From an uncultured Enterobacteriaceae bacterium (lineage in GTDB: Bacteria; Pseudomonadota; Gammaproteobacteria; Burkholderiales; SG8-39): a stretch of 64,000 nt of DNA. The DNA lies in contig CAZOWR010000001.1 in NCBI GenBank assembly GCA_964583645.1, positions 34 to 64,033 of the forward strand, in the 5' to 3' direction. Positions 59,523 through 64,000 of the stretch are shown here, one piece after another (the first letter of the stretch is position 1; each line of letters opens with the position of its first letter). The notes under the pieces were generated by a model that did no database searches, was not told the DNA's origin, and saw nothing but the letters and a program-made list of their open reading frames with translations. Both the position numbers and the translations under genes were made by a program.

Positions 59523-60469
59523 CGCGCCGCCCGCCGCACGTCCACCGGCTGCCCGGGGCGCAGGCGCGCCGCGTCCTCCGGCTCGGGCCGCGCCTCCACG
59601 AGGTAGAGGAGCTTGGCGCGCGACTCCCGGTTGTAGAGCACGGGCGGCGTGTACTCGGCCTGCGCGCTCACGAAGCTCACCGCGGCGCGCACCGGGGCCT
59701 CGCAGCCGTCGCACCGGATCTCGACCGGGAGCCCGGGCCTGAGGCTGCCGAGCTCGGTCTCGCGCACGTAGAAGCGGGCCTTGACGTTGCCCGGCGGCAG
59801 GATCGATGCCACCGGCCGGCCCGCGGGGACCCATTCGCCCTCGACGAAGAAAGTGTCCTGCACGAGCCCCGCCACCGGCGCCGCCATCGACTTTTGCTCC
59901 AGGCGCCAGGCGCTCTGGACGAGAGCCGCGCGCGCCGCGGCAGCCTCGCCCTGGGCCGCCTCCAGCTCGTCCTTGCGCCCGAGCGGCTGCGCGAGCGTGC
60001 GCAGCTGCGCCTCGGCCTCGGCGACGCGCGCGGCGTCGCGCGCGCGCGCGCTGCGCGCCTCGTCCAGCCTTGCCTGCGAGATGAAGCCGCCCTTGAAGAG
60101 CTTCTCCTGCTGCGCGAGCTGCGACGCCGACAGCTCGCGCGCCGCGCGCGCCTGCGCGAGCTGCGCCCTCGCCGCCGCGATCTCGGGCGCGCGCCGGCCG
60201 GCCTTGAGGTTCTCCAGCCGCGCCTGCGCGGTCTTCACCCGCTCCTCGGCCTCCAGCCGCGCCGCGCGCTCGTTGTCCTGCTCGAGCGCGAACACGGGCC
60301 GGCCCGCCTCGACCGCGTCGCCGCGGCGCACGTGCAATTTCTGCAGCTGCCCCGCGTAGGGCGAGGCGAGGAACACGAACTCGCCCTCGATGTAGCCCTG
60401 CCAGGTGCCGTTGCCGGGGTTGTCGCAGCCGGCGAGGGCGAGGAGAAGGGCGAGCGGCAGGAGGCGCAT
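59519..60469 (-). CDS. HlyD-family periplasmic adaptor lipoprotein (YbhG-like)
   Basis: 316 aa. Lipobox LAGC, a long coiled-coil, and flanking beta-barrel segments. Confidence 0.8.
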   Translation of the reverse strand: MRLLPLALLLALAGCDNPGNGTWQGYIEGEFVFLASPYAGQLQKLHVRRGDAVEAGRPVFALEQDNERAARLEAEERVKTAQARLENLKAGRRAPEIAAARAQLAQARAARELSASQLAQQEKLFKGGFISQARLDEARSARARDAARVAEAEAQLRTLAQPLGRKDELEAAQGEAAAARAALVQSAWRLEQKSMAAPVAGLVQDTFFVEGEWVPAGRPVASILPPGNVKARFYVRETELGSLRPGLPVEIRCDGCEAPVRAAVSFVSAQAEYTPPVLYNRESRAKLLYLVEARPEPEDAARLRPGQPVDVRRAAR

Positions 60470-61014
60470 CAGTGGCTCCGCTTCGCGCCGGCGAGATAGC
60501 CTGCGGCCTGGTGGAGCACGGCGCGCGCCTCGCGTCGCGCCTCCGGGTTGTCGCGCGCCAGCTGCAGCACCGCGCAGCCGACGATGACCGAGTGGAAGAA
60601 GGCGACGCTCTCCGGGCTCACATCAAGACCGCCGGTCTCCAACACCGGGGTCATGCGCGCGCGCAACTCCCTGATGAAGCGGCGCAGGCGCCGCTTGATC
60701 GCCGGATCTGCGTCGGCCGCGGTGACCAGGCCCAGCATGATGCGCGCGCGGCGCTTGTCGGCGCTGCCCGCGGCGAGGCCCGCAGCGAGCGAGTCCGGGG
60801 CCAGCCGCCCTCTGGCGATGAGCCGCGTGGCGAGCGCTTCGATCGAGTGGCGCGCAACGCCCTGGAGGAGGTCGGCGCGGGTCGGGAAGTAGTAGGTGAG
60901 ATGGCTCTGGCGGATGCCCGCCGCGGCGGCCACCTTGGGCTGCGTCAGCGCCTGCGCCCCCCGCTCGGCGAGCAGCCCGAGCGCGGCTTGCAGGATGCGT
61001 TCCCGCACCTCCAT
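60469..61014 (-). CDS. TetR/AcrR-family transcriptional regulator (YbiH-like)
   Basis: 181 aa. The N-terminal HTH is ALTQPKVAAAAGIRQSHLTYYFPTRADLL. It is the first gene of the TetR-HlyD-ABC chain. Confidence 0.85.
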   Translation of the reverse strand: MEVRERILQAALGLLAERGAQALTQPKVAAAAGIRQSHLTYYFPTRADLLQGVARHSIEALATRLIARGRLAPDSLAAGLAAGSADKRRARIMLGLVTAADADPAIKRRLRRFIRELRARMTPVLETGGLDVSPESVAFFHSVIVGCAVLQLARDNPEARREARAVLHQAAGYLAGAKRSH

Positions 61015-61031
61015 TTGGTAATCATACCAAA
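61014..61031. promoter_or_regulatory. TetR-operator-like palindrome TTTGGTA-ATCA-TACCAAA overlapping an extended -10 (TGGTATGAT on minus strand)
   Basis: A perfect 7-bp inverted repeat immediately upstream of ATG 61014. On the minus strand TGGTATGAT (61029-61021) ends 6 nt before the ATG, with no SD. Confidence 0.5.
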
Positions 61032-61032
61032 G

Positions 61033-61887
61033 TCAGCGCAGCGGCGCGCCGAAGAGCTCCGCCACCGCGCGCGCGTCGAAGCGGTACTCGTGGTTGCACA
61101 TCTCGTTGCGGATGCGCACCTCGCCCTGCTCGGCGAGGATCGCCTCGACCTCGCGCCGCCCCAGGCCGCGCAGCATGGCCTTCACGTTCTCGACGTCGTA
61201 GGGGCAGCGGTACTCGACGGGGTAGAGGCGGAACACGCGCATCAGCTCCCCCGGGAACAGGCGCGTCAGCACCTCGTAGGGCTGCACCCCGCGCGCCGCC
61301 CCGAGCGAGAGCGCCTGCGCCATGGCGGTCACCCGCGCCCAGCCTGCCGGGTCGCGGGCGTCCGCAGCCGGCATCTTCTCCAGCAGCAGGCCGCAGAGCG
61401 CGTCCCCCTCGACGAAGAGCCGCAGGAACGCCGGCACCTGCTCCGACCGCGACAGATAGTGCTCGAAGATCTCCTGCATGGTCTCGCCCTCCAGGGGCAC
61501 CAGGCTCTGGTAGACGCGCCCGCCCTTGGCGACGTCCTCGAAGGTGAGCGCGAGCCGCCCGTCGCCGAGCAGCCCCCGCTCGCTGCCGTTGGCCCCGGGT
61601 GGCGCGTCGTACTGCGCCATGCCGCGGATCTGCAGCTCGGAGGTGCAGTCGGCCACCAGCAGCCGCACCGGCCCGGAGCCCCGCACCTGCAGCGTGACGC
61701 GGCTCACGCCCTTCTGGTTCGCGCCGAGCAGCACCGCAAGCGCCGTGGTGCGGCCGAGGAGCGCCGCGACGCGCTCCGGGTAGTCGCGCCCCTCGAGCAT
61801 GCGCGCCCAGGCCGCCGTCAGGCAGAGCAGTCGGCCGCGGATGTCGAGGCGCTCGAAGAGGAAGCGCTGTACGTAATCGCTGCGCAT
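61033..61887 (-). CDS. hslO: Hsp33-family redox chaperone HslO (zinc-centre cysteines partly missing)
   Basis: Track ORF 61033..61923 from ATG 61887. YVQRFLFERLDIRG, and an Hsp33-like domain order. The C-terminus reads YRCPYD...EMCNHEYRF. Confidence 0.8.
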   Translation of the reverse strand: MRSDYVQRFLFERLDIRGRLLCLTAAWARMLEGRDYPERVAALLGRTTALAVLLGANQKGVSRVTLQVRGSGPVRLLVADCTSELQIRGMAQYDAPPGANGSERGLLGDGRLALTFEDVAKGGRVYQSLVPLEGETMQEIFEHYLSRSEQVPAFLRLFVEGDALCGLLLEKMPAADARDPAGWARVTAMAQALSLGAARGVQPYEVLTRLFPGELMRVFRLYPVEYRCPYDVENVKAMLRGLGRREVEAILAEQGEVRIRNEMCNHEYRFDARAVAELFGAPLR

Positions 61888-61893
61888 GTGCCG

Positions 61894-61899
61894 ATTATC
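61894..61899 (-). promoter_or_regulatory. -10-like GATAAT 6 nt upstream of hslO ATG (leaderless candidate)
   Basis: The minus strand reads TTGCGC-N18-GATAAT-CGGCAC-ATG, with no SD. Confidence 0.35.
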
Positions 61900-61938
61900 C
61901 GGATCGAATCCCGGCGCGCGCAACCCCGCGGCGGCGCG

Positions 61939-62643
61939 CTAGAGTCCCAGGTAGGCCTGGCGCACGCGGTCGTCGCGCAGCAGCTCGGCCCCCGAGCCGC
62001 GCATCACGATCTGGCCGTTCTCCAGCACGCAGGCGTGCTGCGCGAGCTTCAGCGACACCGCGACGTTCTGCTCCACCAGCAGGAGGGTGAGCCCCCGGTC
62101 GTGCAGCGTCCGGATCGTGTGCAGCACTTCCTGCACCAGCATCGGCGCCAGCCCGAGCGAGGGCTCGTCGAACATGATCAACTCGGGGTTTCCCATCAGG
62201 CAGCGGCCGATGGCGAGCATCTGCTGCTCGCCGCCCGACAGCGTCCCGGCGAGCTGGCGGCTTCGCTCGGCCAGCTGGGGAAACATGGCGTAGACGTCTT
62301 TCATGGTCTGCCGCGCGCTGCTTCTTGCGCGCGGCAGAAGCCCGCCGACCTCCAGATTCTCCTCGACCGTCAGCGCCGGAAAGATCTGGCGTCCTTCCGC
62401 CACCTGCCCGATGCCGAGGTCGCAGATCTGGTGCGACCCGAGCCGCTCGGTGCGCCGACCCTTGAACGTGATGCGCCCGGCGCGCGGGCGCTCGATGCCG
62501 GCGATGCAGCGGATGAGCGAGGACTTGCCGGCGCCGTTGGCGCCGACGATGGCGACGATCTCGCCCCGCGGCACTTCGAGCGAGACCCCGGCGAGCGCCT
62601 GCGCGTCGCCGTAGTACAGGTCGAGGTTCTCGATCGAGAGCAT
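61939..62643 (-). CDS. livF: branched-chain amino acid ABC transporter ATP-binding protein (LivF type)
   Basis: Track ORF 61939..62856 from ATG 62643 (1-nt overlap with the livG stop). GANGAGKSS, LSGGEQQMLAIGR, IMFDEPS. Confidence 0.85.
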   Translation of the reverse strand: MLSIENLDLYYGDAQALAGVSLEVPRGEIVAIVGANGAGKSSLIRCIAGIERPRAGRITFKGRRTERLGSHQICDLGIGQVAEGRQIFPALTVEENLEVGGLLPRARSSARQTMKDVYAMFPQLAERSRQLAGTLSGGEQQMLAIGRCLMGNPELIMFDEPSLGLAPMLVQEVLHTIRTLHDRGLTLLLVEQNVAVSLKLAQHACVLENGQIVMRGSGAELLRDDRVRQAYLGL

Positions 62644-63365
62644 CAGACCTCGATCTCCTCGCCGAGATAGCACTGCAGCACCGCGGGGTCGCGCACCACT
62701 TCGGCGGGCGCGCCGCGCGCGATCACCTCGCCGTGGTGTAGCACGACGATGTGCTGCGCGAGCGCCATCACCGCGCGCATCACGTGCTCGATGAGCAGGA
62801 TGGTGATCCCCTCCGCGCGGTTGATCTGCTTGAACGTCTCGACGAGCTGATCGCACTCGGTCGGCCGCAGGCCCGCCATGACCTCGTCGAGGAGCAGCAG
62901 GCGGGGGCGCGTGGCAAGGGCGCGGGCGACCTCCAGTCTCTTGCGGTCAGGCAGCGTGAGCGACGACGCGGGCTGATCGCGCTTGGACCCGAGCCCGAGC
63001 TTCTCCACGATCTCGGCGGCGCGCTCGCGCGCCGCGGAGACGCGCCGCAGGCGCTGCAGCGCTCCGACCATGACGTTGTCGAGCACGGTCAATCCGGCGA
63101 ACGGCTTGACGATCTGAAACGTCCGCGCAATGCCGGCGGCGCAGACCTGGTCCGGACGAAGCCCGGCGATGGACTGGTTCCGAAAGCGAAGCACGCCGGA
63201 ATCGGGACGGATGGCTCCCGCGATCATGTTGAAGCACGTCGTCTTGCCGGCGCCGTTCGGCCCGATGAGCGCGTCGATGCGCCCCTCGGGCACCTCGAAC
63301 GAGACCTCGTGCACCGCGCGCAGCCCCCGGAACGCCTTGGAGAGGCCCTCGACCCGCAGCATCAC
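62643..63365 (-). CDS. livG: branched-chain amino acid ABC transporter ATP-binding protein (LivG type)
   Basis: 240 aa. GPNGAGKTT, LLLLDEVMAGL. The start overlaps the livM stop. Confidence 0.85.
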   Translation of the reverse strand: MMLRVEGLSKAFRGLRAVHEVSFEVPEGRIDALIGPNGAGKTTCFNMIAGAIRPDSGVLRFRNQSIAGLRPDQVCAAGIARTFQIVKPFAGLTVLDNVMVGALQRLRRVSAARERAAEIVEKLGLGSKRDQPASSLTLPDRKRLEVARALATRPRLLLLDEVMAGLRPTECDQLVETFKQINRAEGITILLIEHVMRAVMALAQHIVVLHHGEVIARGAPAEVVRDPAVLQCYLGEEIEV

Positions 63366-64000
63366 AGGCCGAGCCTCCGCGCCAGCGCCGGCCAGATGCC
63401 GTGCGGCAGGAACATGATCACGGCGAGCAGCACGCAGCCGTAGAACACCTGCTTGATCCCCGGGACTTCCCAGCCGAGCGCGGCCAGCGCCTCGGTGATG
63501 CCGTCGGCGAGCAGCGTCAGCACCGCGGCGCCGAGGATCGGGCCGAACAGCGTGCCGATGCCGCCGATGATCGGTCCCAGGATGATCTCGATCGAGCGGC
63601 TGATGTGGAAGATCTGCTCCGGGAACAGGTTGTTGTAGTAGAAGGCGAAGAACACGCCCGCGAGACCGGTCATCGCCGAGCTGATCACCACCGCGAGCAT
63701 CTTCCAGCGGAAGGTGTTGATGCCGAGCGCCTGCGCCGCCTCCTCGTCCTCGCGGATCGCCTGCCAGTAGTAGCCGGCGCGCGTGCGCAGCAGCCAGGCG
63801 CAGAAGGCGAACGCGCCGGCGGCGAGCGCGAGCATCAGGTAGTAGAACATCGCCGGCGGCCCGCGCAGGTTGGCGAGGTCCCAGGACTCGCGCTGCGACA
63901 CTCTGATGAACAGGCCCCCCGGCCCGCCGAGCCAGGCGACGTGGTCGAAGCCGATGCGCGTGAACTCGGCGAACGCGATGGTGAGCAGCGCGAAGTACAC
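63362..64000 (-). CDS. livM: branched-chain amino acid ABC transporter permease (LivM type), 5' end outside the window
   Basis: The frame is open to the window edge. Hydrophobic LivM-like C-terminal half (IILGPIIGGIGTLFGPILGA). Confidence 0.75.
   Translation of the reverse strand: MYFALLTIAFAEFTRIGFDHVAWLGGPGGLFIRVSQRESWDLANLRGPPAMFYYLMLALAAGAFAFCAWLLRTRAGYYWQAIREDEEAAQALGINTFRWKMLAVVISSAMTGLAGVFFAFYYNNLFPEQIFHISRSIEIILGPIIGGIGTLFGPILGAAVLTLLADGITEALAALGWEVPGIKQVFYGCVLLAVIMFLPHGIWPALARRLGL

Overview
A 64-kb, visibly very GC-rich and tightly packed chromosomal segment from a Gram-negative bacterium. The TonB-dependent receptor, Bug-family receptor and operon styles suggest a Burkholderiales-like proteobacterium, but that is inference only. 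I can support about 70 protein-coding genes. I recognised no rRNA, tRNA, CRISPR array, transposase, integrase or phage gene. All family calls rest on motifs read from the translated ORF track; no searches were run.

Main gene blocks:
- 187-5803: threonine aldolase, a multi-PAS histidine kinase, a DMT exporter and an aminotransferase.
- 5794-17341: a urea-utilisation supercluster. It has a sigma54/NtrC-type control region, urtABCDE and ureD-(hydratase)-ureABCEFG, and ends with a 59-aa HupE/UreJ-like mini-ORF.
- 17318-20710: a MetE-like protein, a bactofilin and a D-aminoacylase.
- 20748-23837: an SBP56/methanethiol-oxidase-like gene with SCO1 and MauG-like genes.
- 23921-26741: an ArsR-headed five-gene chain that includes an SRPBCC::GST fusion.
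- 26743-29812: an M20 amidohydrolase, a 2-hydroxyacid dehydrogenase and a Bug receptor.
- 29869-40963: an aromatic ring-cleavage and CoA-activation cluster.
- 40960-44781: an operon of PQQ-type dehydrogenase, dihaem cytochrome c and TonB receptor.
- 44872-46748: an acyl-CoA ligase with an orphan biotinyl-domain protein.
- 47258-56102: amidase and VOC genes divergent from a TPP enzyme, a three-ORF Co-type nitrile-hydratase-family enzyme, pxpBCA and an OYE reductase.
- 56107-64000: a BON lipoprotein, a DMT transporter, a TetR-HlyD-ABC efflux operon, hslO and livFGM.

Most notable non-genic signals:
- A family of ~28-bp palindromic units, with at least 8 units at 5 loci. One doublet sits exactly at the break of the split nitrile-hydratase beta subunit. 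One unit is embedded in-frame in a CoA-transferase gene.
- A recurrent pattern of AT-rich -10-like hexamers 5-10 nt upstream of SD-less start codons. This suggests widespread leaderless or near-leaderless transcription.
- Several clean operator-like palindromes in front of the ArsR, TetR and MarR-linked genes.
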